DNA from: an uncultured Acidobacteriota bacterium
GTDB lineage: Bacteria; Acidobacteriota; Thermoanaerobaculia; Multivoradales; JAHEKO01
DNA length: 64,000 nucleotides
NCBI GenBank assembly: GCA_963713825.1
Contig: CAVQNG010000003.1
Location: 1,344,001-1,408,000, forward strand
Direction of reading: 5' to 3'
The translations under genes were made by a program, and so were the position numbers. Positions 37,781-46,584 of this stretch are shown piece by piece. Each line of letters starts with the position of its first letter. The first letter of the stretch is position 1. Below the pieces are notes generated by a model. The model was not told where the DNA came from. It did no database searches and saw nothing but the letters and a program-made list of their open reading frames with translations.

Positions 37781-37960
37781 GTGTGGAGGTTCGTCCGGGT
37801 GGTCCGCAGGCGGACGGCAGCGGCTACTCAAACTGCAACGGGGGGCCGCCACCTCGTCACGTCTTCGCGCCGGATCTCGCGTAGTCTTCGATGGCTCTTG
37901 CGCTGCGCTCGACGAGGCGCCCCCTGTCGAACCACCCGAACGAACCTCTGGCACCAACAA
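37781..37960 (-). repeat. ~180-nt structured repeat core, copy B
   Basis: Colinear with 15351-15530 at offset 22430. On the minus strand a 21-bp closing stem (two G-U) gaggttcgttcgggtggttcg/cggaccacccggacgaacctc. Confidence 0.85.
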
Positions 37961-37988
37961 GGGGCATAAGGGCCTAGGGCAGTAGGGG

Positions 37989-38028
37989 CGTAAGGGGCGG
38001 GTCAGAAACGTAAGGGGCGGGTCAGAAA
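37989..38028. repeat. Perfect 20-bp tandem duplication
   Basis: CGTAAGGGGCGGGTCAGAAA occurs twice in tandem. Confidence 0.9.
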
Positions 38029-38075
38029 TCAGAGTCTTGAGGTGTCTCGACGGTGGTAGATCGGGCCTCTCAGCT

Positions 38076-38168
38076 CCAAGCCCTCAAGGACCGGCTGGAG
38101 CAAGCGACAGCAGCCTCAACCCCAAGCCCTCAAAGATCGTCCGGAGGTACGACCGGACGCCTCAACCC
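38076..38168 (+). repeat. Mosaic repeat locus 4: two hairpin units
   Basis: CCAAGCCCTCAAGG..TCAACCC, then CCAAGCCCTCAAAGAT-cgtccgg-AGGTACGA-ccggacg-CCTCAACCC (32 nt identical to 15646-15677). Confidence 0.8.
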
Positions 38169-38198
38169 TCGAAGTCCCACGCCCATGGCGGGGGCGAG

Positions 38199-39641
38199 CT
38201 AAAACAGTCCGAGGATGCGGGGAAGATCCTCTTCGAGGGCGGCTTCGGCTTCCTGCTGGGTCTCGCCCATGGCGATCACGTCCAGCTTTCCGTGACTCTC
38301 GAGAGGACCGGTGTTGTAGAAGATGAATCGCCCGGTACCACTTTGGACGTCGTAGGCTTCGCTTCCAACCTGTTCGATCAGGTCGCTGAAGCTGGCTCCC
38401 ACGAGTCCGGGATGGATGAAATCCTGGGCGCGATAGGGCGGCCGGGGTCGACCCGCCATGAGGCGGTCCATGAAGGTCATGGGAATGCTCGTGCCGCCCC
38501 AGCGGCCGTTGCACTCGGTGAAGTGCAGTTGAAAGTCCCCGACCGGCTCGCCGACGAGGACGAAATCGAACGAGCAGCGGCCGACGTAGCCGAGAGCCTG
38601 GAGGGCGAGACCGACCGCGATGGATCCTTCTCCGGCGGCGGTGTTGACCGCTGGTGGCAACGTCGAGGGTCGGCTGCCAACGAAGACCTTCCTCTTGCCT
38701 TCGAGAAGTTGCTCGAAGACTCCATCCAGCCGAGGTGGGCCCAATTCCGGCGGCGGAATCCACAGTTGTGTCGAAGGCGAGTGGTCGACCTTTTCCCAAG
38801 CCACGACCTGCACGTCTTCGTCGCCTTGCCATTGCGTGCGGTCGAGAAATCGACGCACTCTAGTGGTGACGCGCTCCATACCTTGGCCCCGAATCTCGTC
38901 AGCGGCAAAGACCTTGTTGCCCATGGCAGAGGCACAGCGCAAGCGTTTCAAGCCGACCTGGGAGTGGCGCTTGGCCAGTGACAGAAGTTCCTTTGCCAGC
39001 GCTTCTGGCGATCGACCACTGCGTGTTTCCACGAGCCACTCGGGACCGAGGACCGACTCCACCAGTCGGCTGAAGGCCTGCTTGTCGTTGGCGATCCACG
39101 TCACAGGTGGTGGAGGTGCCGCCACGCTGACCGGAGATTTGGTTGACTGGGCCAGCGAACCCGCCAACTCCCACACTTCCTCGATTCCCATGAAGGGATC
39201 GATGGTCAAGCCGCCACTGGCTTCGATCCGCTTCAGGATTCGATGCCAGGCCGTGCCTTCGCCGCAGGCTCGTGCCAGAGCCAGCCGCGTCTCGACAGGC
39301 TTGGCTTGGACGAAATCGACTGGCGCCAAGTCGAGCTTGTCTCTGCAGTACGTCTCATAGCCAGGTGCGGTCGGAGTAACCGCGGCGTAGAGGTCGTTTG
39401 GTTTCGCCCTGAGCCGCGCTCGATGCTGGTACTCCTCGACGCCGGTGATGTCGACCAGGAAGGGAATCCCCGAGAAATCGTCCAAACGCAGCACGGGACC
39501 TCGAAGCTCCGGACCCGCCCACTGTAATTGGGCAAAGGGTGCGAGCCTGGCCTCGAGGTCCAATTCCTCGGTCAACTTCGCCGCCGCAGCATCAGCAGTG
39601 CGAGCGAGCGCCTCTGGGGTTCCTTGTCGAATCATGTTCAC
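38199..39641 (-). CDS. preATP-grasp/ATP-grasp protein (PGM1-like peptide ligase group)
   Basis: ANDK, SAMGN, SPSTQLWIP, FEQ, LGYVGRCSFDFV, ECNGRWGGTS. Confidence 0.75.
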   Translation of the reverse strand: MNMIRQGTPEALARTADAAAAKLTEELDLEARLAPFAQLQWAGPELRGPVLRLDDFSGIPFLVDITGVEEYQHRARLRAKPNDLYAAVTPTAPGYETYCRDKLDLAPVDFVQAKPVETRLALARACGEGTAWHRILKRIEASGGLTIDPFMGIEEVWELAGSLAQSTKSPVSVAAPPPPVTWIANDKQAFSRLVESVLGPEWLVETRSGRSPEALAKELLSLAKRHSQVGLKRLRCASAMGNKVFAADEIRGQGMERVTTRVRRFLDRTQWQGDEDVQVVAWEKVDHSPSTQLWIPPPELGPPRLDGVFEQLLEGKRKVFVGSRPSTLPPAVNTAAGEGSIAVGLALQALGYVGRCSFDFVLVGEPVGDFQLHFTECNGRWGGTSIPMTFMDRLMAGRPRPPYRAQDFIHPGLVGASFSDLIEQVGSEAYDVQSGTGRFIFYNTGPLESHGKLDVIAMGETQQEAEAALEEDLPRILGLF

Positions 39642-39697
39642 TACCCGAGTAAAGGGCCGTTGCTAGTCTAGCTGGGTCTCAAGCCTTCCAACGGCTA

Positions 39698-40843
39698 CTA
39701 ACCCTCGGGAAAGAGCGACGAGTCGATGCCTGGAACGACGCGCAGGGCGTTCTTGTAGTAGAGCTTTCTCAAGACATCGTCCGGCAGATCGAGACCGTAC
39801 ATCTTCCAGAAGGCGTGCCGGCGGCGGTAATAGTCGAAGTAGTCGTCGGCCGTCTCGAGGACGCGGAAGTAGACGTGATACTCCTCGGGTCGCCAGGAAT
39901 CCTTCCCGAACATCACCCGATCCTGGTAGCGGATCAGCCAGTCGCGGGCAAAGCGCGGCTGACGGCCCAACTCGGCGAGCACGGCGCCGATCTCGGTGTA
40001 CATGTTGGGCAGCTCGTCCATCAGCGCACCCAGTCTCTCGAGGTCGTTACCCATCCAGCCGAGATGGGCGTTGATGAAGTTGGTTCCCGGGTGCTGGCGA
40101 AAGATGTCGTGCTGCTCACCCATGACCTCCTCCCAGGAGGGGTAGATCGCGGGGTCGCGATAGCGGTCCGGCTTCTCGATGAGCTCGAGCAGCCGCTCGT
40201 TGTTGCCGTCCTTGTCCATCCAGAAAGGGGCCGGCTCACCGGTGTGGATCAGAACGGGTATCCCCAGCTCGCCACACTTGGCCCATATCGGGTCGAGGCG
40301 CGGATCGTTGACCGGGATTCTCTCGCCTTTCCCGTCTTTGGCGGTGAGCCCGAGATTCTTGTAGATCTTCAGGCCGTTGGCGCCGTTGCCGACGTCAGCC
40401 GCCAGTTGACGCACGGTGCGCTCGCTCCAGCCTGGCTCATCGATGCCGAAGAAGTCGATGTTGGTGAAGACGATGAAGCGCCCGGGAGCATTGGTCGTGG
40501 CGTTGGTCACCGCCCCAGCGAGATAGTCACTCTCCCGCAGTGCGTAGCGGGTCGAGCCGTCGGCTTCCTCGACGCGGCGAAAACCGCGCCCGCTCAAATT
40601 CACCATCACCGCCATGTTGAGCTTGTCCATCTCCGCTGTCAGCACGCCGAGATCCTGATCGGGCATGCCGAACTGGTGATTGTGGACATCGATGAAGGGG
40701 TACTTGGCCCGCGTCACCGGATGTTCGGACACCACGAGGGTGGAAGGTGGGTCGTACTTGTGAAAGGGCAGGTTCTCGGCATCCTGGGCCCAGGTACCTG
40801 CTGCAATGGACAACGCGATCACGATCGTCATCGCTCGACGCAT
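39698..40843 (-). CDS. Secreted amidohydrolase (family 2)
   Basis: Signal peptide; IDVHNH, GLKIYK, PVLIHT, AHLGW, ELGRQP, FGKD. Confidence 0.92.
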   Translation of the reverse strand: MRRAMTIVIALSIAAGTWAQDAENLPFHKYDPPSTLVVSEHPVTRAKYPFIDVHNHQFGMPDQDLGVLTAEMDKLNMAVMVNLSGRGFRRVEEADGSTRYALRESDYLAGAVTNATTNAPGRFIVFTNIDFFGIDEPGWSERTVRQLAADVGNGANGLKIYKNLGLTAKDGKGERIPVNDPRLDPIWAKCGELGIPVLIHTGEPAPFWMDKDGNNERLLELIEKPDRYRDPAIYPSWEEVMGEQHDIFRQHPGTNFINAHLGWMGNDLERLGALMDELPNMYTEIGAVLAELGRQPRFARDWLIRYQDRVMFGKDSWRPEEYHVYFRVLETADDYFDYYRRRHAFWKMYGLDLPDDVLRKLYYKNALRVVPGIDSSLFPEG

Positions 40844-40915
40844 GGTTTCGACTCCCTTGAGTGGGCTTTCTCTGGCGAACTCGTTGGAGGAGGATATCGC
40901 CAAAAAGGGGGATTG

Positions 40916-42301
40916 CTACCGAGAAATCCAACGAGATCGGCGACGATCCACGGGCAGCTCCGACGTGAACCGCTGCAACTCCGCCAGCAGGGGGTCGTCT
41001 TCGGCCTTGTCTCCGATGATGAGAACGAAGGGCTCGACCTCCAGGTGGGCCGGCTCCGTGGAGAGCTTCCAATAGAGAATACCGGCGAGAAAGTCGCCTC
41101 CCATGGCCAGATTCGCTTCGTAGAGCCCCCTGACAGCCTCTGCCCGCTCGGATGGTTCGTCAGGCTGCTCTTCCCAGATCATCAAGCGGGAGCCCGACGG
41201 TGACGACAGCACCGAGAAGCCGTTGGCCGCCCAGGGCTCGATCGTCGAGTTGGCTCGACGCGTGTACCCGAGCTCAGTGAACAGGACTCTGTGAGCTGGA
41301 ATGCCCTGACGGACCCGCAAGGCATCGACGGTCTGGAGGATATTCGTCCAGCGAGTCTTGAAGAGGGAGGTTCGTGACCGAACGCTCGTATCTGGCAGGT
41401 CGCGTTTCCGAAGAGGAAAGTAGGCGTTGATGCTGATCAGATCGAGCTTGTTCCAGAAGCTCACCGATTCGAACTGATCGAAGTTGGCGGCGTAGGTCAG
41501 CGGACCTCTGTAGACCTCTCGAACCCTCTCGATGAGCTCGGTCCATCGTCCTGCAGCCAGTTGTCGCCGCGCGTTGACTCTCGCCACCGGATCTGTCGCG
41601 TCGAGGAACGAGACCTCTTCGGCCCAATGGGCGTGGGCTGTGGCCCGATCGTCGAGATAGGGCTCGATGCCCTCGTATCCTTCGTTGCCACGGACCCAGA
41701 TCTGCTTGCCCTCGATTGCCTCGCGGTGCTCGAGGACTCTGGCGTTCTCGCGCTCTACCTTCTCCTCGTTGGACCAGTACTCCTCGAGGGCTGGCAGCTC
41801 GTCGACCGATACCGTATTGGTCAGCGAGTTGAGCTCACTGCCGATCGCCAGCACGTCGATCCCCTCTTCTTCAGCGATGCGGGCCCATTTCAGAACGTAG
41901 TCGCTGTAGCGATCGAACCATTCGTTCAGGGCGTCGTCGGAGTCCGGCATGATCATGCCGTGCCAGAAGAACTTGTTGCGCTCGAAGGCATGGTCGAGAG
42001 CGACGCGGAGCACCAGGGCGACGTCCAGACCTCTCCTTCTGGCGGCACGGGCCTCCGCGATGACCCAGGGCTCCTCTTCCTCCCACCAGAGGTTGGTGGA
42101 ATCCCAGTCCCCCTGCTTGGCATAGACGGTCACCGCTACCGTGTTCATGCCACTCTCCGCCAGGGCGCGCACCCAGGCATCGTGATCGGGCTCGTTGACC
42201 TGAATGCCGCCCAGATAGAAGACGGGGCCGGTCGATCGGAGGGCCAGGAAGAGCCCGATTCCCGCCAGCAGGACTGCAAAAATGGTCAGGAGGCTTCGCA
42301 A
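40916..42301 (-). CDS. GH113-like glycoside hydrolase with a large insertion
   Basis: N-terminal anchor; WHG, IGSEL, LTYAANFD, INAYFPL, LFTELGY. Confidence 0.75.
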   Translation of the reverse strand: MRSLLTIFAVLLAGIGLFLALRSTGPVFYLGGIQVNEPDHDAWVRALAESGMNTVAVTVYAKQGDWDSTNLWWEEEEPWVIAEARAARRRGLDVALVLRVALDHAFERNKFFWHGMIMPDSDDALNEWFDRYSDYVLKWARIAEEEGIDVLAIGSELNSLTNTVSVDELPALEEYWSNEEKVERENARVLEHREAIEGKQIWVRGNEGYEGIEPYLDDRATAHAHWAEEVSFLDATDPVARVNARRQLAAGRWTELIERVREVYRGPLTYAANFDQFESVSFWNKLDLISINAYFPLRKRDLPDTSVRSRTSLFKTRWTNILQTVDALRVRQGIPAHRVLFTELGYTRRANSTIEPWAANGFSVLSSPSGSRLMIWEEQPDEPSERAEAVRGLYEANLAMGGDFLAGILYWKLSTEPAHLEVEPFVLIIGDKAEDDPLLAELQRFTSELPVDRRRSRWISR

Positions 42302-42395
42302 AAGGCTGTCCAGGTGTCTTGGTGATCTGTGCCATAGACCAGCTGTGACACTGAGCCGAGAATTCTATAGGTTCGAAAGGAGATCGAGCTCACCA

Positions 42396-43151
42396 GTGTC
42401 TTTCTATCGGATTCGCCGCCTGATCGGGCCTCTGTTGCTGGCCGCTGTCGCCTTGACCACGATTGCGTGGTTCATGCAGGGACGGCTCGTGACCTCGGCC
42501 GAGGTCGAGTCGGCGCTGCTCCAGGAGCCGGCGCAGGGAGACACCACACGAGAGCCCTTCGAGTTCGAGTACAAGGGGCAGCAGTGCAGGGTGAAGCCGG
42601 TCGCGACCTACGACTTGTGGGGCCTCGTTGTCAGCCACAACAACATCGAGAGTTTCGCCGACATCTACCATGACAGCACCTCGGTCGATACGAAAGACCT
42701 CTGCGTCATCTGGGGAAGCAACCTCGAAGGTGACGACTTCAGAGAAGTCGAGTTCAAGAGCGGCTCGTGGACCTGCTATTTCCGCTACCCGATGGGCGTG
42801 AAGTTCGCCCACCACGAGCTGGGAAACAACCACCTGATCACCGATGACCCCGAGATTCGGGAACAGATCGCCCAGGTCAAGATCGGCGACCAGATCCATC
42901 TGCAGGGGCTGCTGGTCGACTATCAGATGGACGACTGGGAGAGCTTCTGGAGACGCTCCAGCACCGTACGAACCGACAGCGGGTGTGAGGTGATCTTTGT
43001 GGAAGGCCTCGAGGTTCTCGAACGGGGAACCCCAGGGTGGTACACGGCCTACCGCCTCGGGAAGGTACTGATCGTGGCGCTGCCGATCCTTTACCTTGTG
43101 GTCTTCTGGCTCGAGTCGGGTAGCTCCAGCAGTCAACTCGGAAGACTCTAG
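42396..43151 (+). CDS. Hypothetical membrane protein (N- and C-terminal TM)
   Basis: Coding-like composition; KDLCVIWG, NNHLI motifs. GTG start inferred. Confidence 0.7.
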   Translation: MSFYRIRRLIGPLLLAAVALTTIAWFMQGRLVTSAEVESALLQEPAQGDTTREPFEFEYKGQQCRVKPVATYDLWGLVVSHNNIESFADIYHDSTSVDTKDLCVIWGSNLEGDDFREVEFKSGSWTCYFRYPMGVKFAHHELGNNHLITDDPEIREQIAQVKIGDQIHLQGLLVDYQMDDWESFWRRSSTVRTDSGCEVIFVEGLEVLERGTPGWYTAYRLGKVLIVALPILYLVVFWLESGSSSSQLGRL

Positions 43152-43190
43152 CCTGCCGTTTCGAAACCCAGGCCCGAGTGCCCAGCCAAT

Positions 43191-44024
43191 CTACTGCCAG
43201 GTCAGCAGGAACAGGAGGGTGAACAGGATGCTGAGCGCCAATTGCCTGTAGCCGATCCTCGACGGCTTCCAACCGGTCGCGGGACGGGTGAAGCAGCACA
43301 TGGCCTCGAACCACTGCGGCAGGAAGGCTACGAAGAGCCACCGCGAAGTGATTCCGGCGACTCCCAGGGTCCCCGCCGTCAGAAGATTCAGACTGCAGAG
43401 GGTCAAGGCCGGCAGGGTCATTCTCAGCAGTTGTCGCGGCTCGGGGCGGACGGAAAGTGATCGCTGCTGCAGCCGCAGGAAGACGCAGATCACCGAGGCA
43501 GCAGATTGTGCCCACGCCAGGGCCCAAAGAAGCCAGCCGAAGGCGTCTGGCCTACCCATACCTATCCAGAAGCCTGCAGTAGCAGCCAGAGCCAGAACTG
43601 CGGTAGCCAGTAGCGCTACCAGGATTTTGCCTCGTTCCTCGCGTCGAGTTACCAGGTACAGGTGCCAGAAGAAGACCAGCAGTCCAGGAATCGCCAGACC
43701 CAGAACATAGGTGTAGCCGGTCAGGTGCAGACCCAGCATCATCAGGACAGCGACCGAGGAGTAGAGCACGGCCCAGAGCAGCGCTGGTGTCAGATCCTCT
43801 TCAGAGCGCCGACCACTCAGCGCCTTGACTGCGACGGTGGTGGGCTGACGGAGGAGAAAGCCGCAGAGAGTCGCAACGATCAGATAGAGGTGTGCCGTTT
43901 GCAATCTCCCCCCGGCCACCACTCCAATGAGGAGCGGGCTCAGCACGAAGACCCAGGACCCGTGGTCGCTGGGCCAGAAGATGCTGCGGCGCCAGAATCT
44001 CGCTTTTCCTCTGTTACGACTCAA
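43191..44024 (-). CDS. YwiC-like membrane protein
   Basis: P-x-x-HG-x-W...P N-terminal motif, about 8 TMs, IG-x-x-Q C-terminal motif. TTG start overlaps the upstream TGA. Confidence 0.75.
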   Translation of the reverse strand: MSRNRGKARFWRRSIFWPSDHGSWVFVLSPLLIGVVAGGRLQTAHLYLIVATLCGFLLRQPTTVAVKALSGRRSEEDLTPALLWAVLYSSVAVLMMLGLHLTGYTYVLGLAIPGLLVFFWHLYLVTRREERGKILVALLATAVLALAATAGFWIGMGRPDAFGWLLWALAWAQSAASVICVFLRLQQRSLSVRPEPRQLLRMTLPALTLCSLNLLTAGTLGVAGITSRWLFVAFLPQWFEAMCCFTRPATGWKPSRIGYRQLALSILFTLLFLLTWQ

Positions 44025-44824
44025 GGGATCAGGGCCTGCCAATCGACGGGCTCGGGACTCGAAAGGACCTCCGGAGGCAGCTCGTCCAGCACGGCAATGT
44101 CGGTGTGACCCCGTTCGCCGCGATTGTCCGAGAGGAGGATCCTGCCGTAGCGTTGCCAATTGTGCCAGGGTGACGAGAATCCGGGTTCTTCGTCTGTGGC
44201 CTCAGCATAGTAGTCCCACTGTTCCACCAGGCCGCTGTCTGCCGCGACATAGACCATGTACTTGTTCTGGGGTGTGCGTCCGACGGCCTCGAATGTGAGT
44301 TGCAGGATTTCGGCCGGGCGATCGTCCAGCATCTGGCCCGTCCCCAGGTACTTCAGAGTCACGCCGGAGTCCTTGAGCTTGTATGGCATGAACATCCAGT
44401 AGCTGTCGTTGATCCAGACGCTCTCGCCGTTCTCGAGCATCGCCGATAACTCGTCGGGGTCGTTTACAGCGGTCCCATCTTTCCAAGCCCGACCGTCTCC
44501 TGTGTGCAGATTCATGAGGATCAAGTAGGGGAGCTCCGTTTCGCGATCGACACCTTCGATCCGGATGTCACCGGTTTGCTTGTCCCAAAGATGACGCCGT
44601 CGGCCGAAGAAGCTCCATGTCAGGAAGCGACTTTCGTCCCAGGCCTGGCGCCCCCCGAGCTCGACCATGACCCGGTCGGCGATCTCGATGGCCTGCGGGT
44701 CGGAGCCCTGCAGATCGAAGCCTTCCGCTGGGGGGTTGGGTTCCGCGGCCTGTAGAGCCGCCCCAGCTGCGGCTAACAAGGTGCAAAGAACGAGCGTTGT
44801 CAGAGTCGTCGGGCGCATGGCCAT
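44021..44824 (-). CDS. Secreted hypothetical protein (LolA-like fold probable)
   Basis: Signal peptide; LGGRQAW, WINDSYWMFMPYKLKDSGV, VGRTPQNKY; GGAGG RBS. Confidence 0.75.
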   Translation of the reverse strand: MAMRPTTLTTLVLCTLLAAAGAALQAAEPNPPAEGFDLQGSDPQAIEIADRVMVELGGRQAWDESRFLTWSFFGRRRHLWDKQTGDIRIEGVDRETELPYLILMNLHTGDGRAWKDGTAVNDPDELSAMLENGESVWINDSYWMFMPYKLKDSGVTLKYLGTGQMLDDRPAEILQLTFEAVGRTPQNKYMVYVAADSGLVEQWDYYAEATDEEPGFSSPWHNWQRYGRILLSDNRGERGHTDIAVLDELPPEVLSSPEPVDWQALIP

Positions 44825-44895
44825 CTGGACCTCCTCTCGAGAAAGACCTCGAGTTCTACGAAGCGCGGTTCAGGTTTCCGAGACGTGCTTCTGAA

Positions 44896-45588
44896 TCAGA
44901 AGGGCACGTCCACAGCATCGCACAGAAATTCGACCAAAGGGCCGCCTTTTCGGCAGAGCTTCCAGTACTCCTTCAAGAATTCGGGATCTCCCGCGGTCTT
45001 CGCGTCGAAGTTGGCCACACCGATGAAATCCTTGCGCTTGAGATCGTCGATCATGGGATGGTCGGGATCGTAGCCCTTGGGCGCTCTCTTCAGAGAGTCG
45101 CCGGCAAGCTGGAATGTGTCCGAGAAGCCCTTCGAGCCCGAGATCTTCTGCCAACGCCGTGGCTGCTCATCGATCGCGCCGCGAATTCCCGCCAGGGCGT
45201 TGCTGTCCGGGTGCCAGATGCCGACGCCGGCAAAGCAGCCCTCAGGATCGAGGTGGAGGTAGAAACCAGGGGCGTGGACGTCCTTGCCTTGCTTGTGGCG
45301 GAACTGAATTCCGACATGGGTTTTGTAGGGAGTCTTGTCCTTGGCGAAGCGGGTGTCTTTGTAGATGCGAAACATCGAGCCACCGGAGGGTCGGGGGTCG
45401 GCGAGAAAGTGGGGACTGATCTTGCGCAATTGGGGCCCGAAGTCACTGATGAACTGCTGCGCAGGATGTCTCACGTCGTCTTCGTAGCGCTGCTTGTTGG
45501 CCTGAAACCACTCGCGTTGGTTGTTTTGCTTCAAGTCCTCGAGGAACCGGAAGAACGCGCGGTTGAAATAGGTCTGGTGAGAGGGCAT
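44896..45588 (-). CDS. DUF2461 / TIGR02453 family protein
   Basis: FLEDLKQNNQREWF, FRIYKDTRFAKDKTPYK, LKRAPKGY, LKRKDF. Confidence 0.92.
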   Translation of the reverse strand: MPSHQTYFNRAFFRFLEDLKQNNQREWFQANKQRYEDDVRHPAQQFISDFGPQLRKISPHFLADPRPSGGSMFRIYKDTRFAKDKTPYKTHVGIQFRHKQGKDVHAPGFYLHLDPEGCFAGVGIWHPDSNALAGIRGAIDEQPRRWQKISGSKGFSDTFQLAGDSLKRAPKGYDPDHPMIDDLKRKDFIGVANFDAKTAGDPEFLKEYWKLCRKGGPLVEFLCDAVDVPF

Positions 45589-45816
45589 GCTTGGTCTCCT
45601 TGTCAGTCCAGCTGTGGTTCTGAACGGCAGCTTTATCGTCTCATACGAACCTGGCAGGACTCGGGTTCTGGGCCTGGTGCGGAGCAGCGGAGACAGCGTT
45701 CTTCCGCCGGTGTAGACTACGGAACTGATCGGGGCTCTGGCCGACTCGACTGACAGTGGCTCCGATCATCGGGTCAGAAATATCCGTTCTCCACACAAGC
45801 TGACGACCGGAGGTCA

Positions 45817-46569
45817 ATGATGCGAAAGACAATTCTCTTGGGTGTTGTTGTTGCCCTTCTCGCTCTCCCGATGGTGGCCGAAGACCTGACGCTGGATCAG
45901 GTCCTGGCCAACCACTATGAGGCTCTTGGCGGCCTGGACGCGATCCGCGGCATGGACACGGCGACATTCGTCGGCCGGATGGCCATGGGCCCGGGGGCCG
46001 AGGCGCCGTTCAAGATGTACTTCAAGCGGCCGATGATGGCCCGCATGGAGTTCACCATGCAGGGCATGACCGGTATCCAGGCCTTTGACGGCGAGACTGC
46101 CTGGATGATCATGCCGTTCATGGGCAAATCCGACCCGGAAGTGATGGCCGACGATCAGGCCAAGAACATGAAGGAGCAGGCTGACATCGACGGACCCCTC
46201 ATCGATTGGCAGGAGAAGGGCCACACGGTCGAGCTCATCGGCCTGGAGGATGTCGATGGGACCGAGGCCTACAAGATCAAGGTGGATCTGGCCAACGGTG
46301 ACGTGCGGTACCACTTCCTGGACAGCGAGTACTTCATCACCATCAAGCAGGAAGGCAAGACCACAATGCAGGGCAACGAGGTGGAGTTCGAGACCATTCT
46401 CAGCGACTACAAAGAGGTTGGTGGTCTGATGTTTCCCCACTCCGTGGAGAGCAAGCCGAAGGGTGCGCCTGCTGGTCAGGTGATCACGATCGACGAAATC
46501 GAGGTCGGCATCGAGGTGTCCGACGATATGTTTGCCATGCCTGCACCGACCGCTGAGGCGGCCGAGTAG
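45817..46569 (+). CDS. Outer-membrane lipoprotein-sorting (LolA-like) periplasmic protein
   Basis: Signal peptide; EALGG, KRP, QAFDG..AW, SDYKEVGGLMFPH, terminal F.MP. Confidence 0.8.
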   Translation: MMRKTILLGVVVALLALPMVAEDLTLDQVLANHYEALGGLDAIRGMDTATFVGRMAMGPGAEAPFKMYFKRPMMARMEFTMQGMTGIQAFDGETAWMIMPFMGKSDPEVMADDQAKNMKEQADIDGPLIDWQEKGHTVELIGLEDVDGTEAYKIKVDLANGDVRYHFLDSEYFITIKQEGKTTMQGNEVEFETILSDYKEVGGLMFPHSVESKPKGAPAGQVITIDEIEVGIEVSDDMFAMPAPTAEAAE

Positions 46570-46584
46570 CCGGGGAGGGAAACC

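Noticed and set aside
37769-37969. Paralogous Arg-rich small ORFs across both 180-nt cores (also 15345-15548), as toxin or RiPP precursor
   Set aside because: Most differing codons are non-synonymous (about 14 versus 6), starts and stops differ, and there is no RBS. Structure explains the conservation better.
4502-38168. Hairpin units as a CRISPR array or integron attC sites
   Set aside because: At most two units in tandem, the variable parts are self-complementary and related to each other, no GTTRRRY cores, and no cas or integrase genes.
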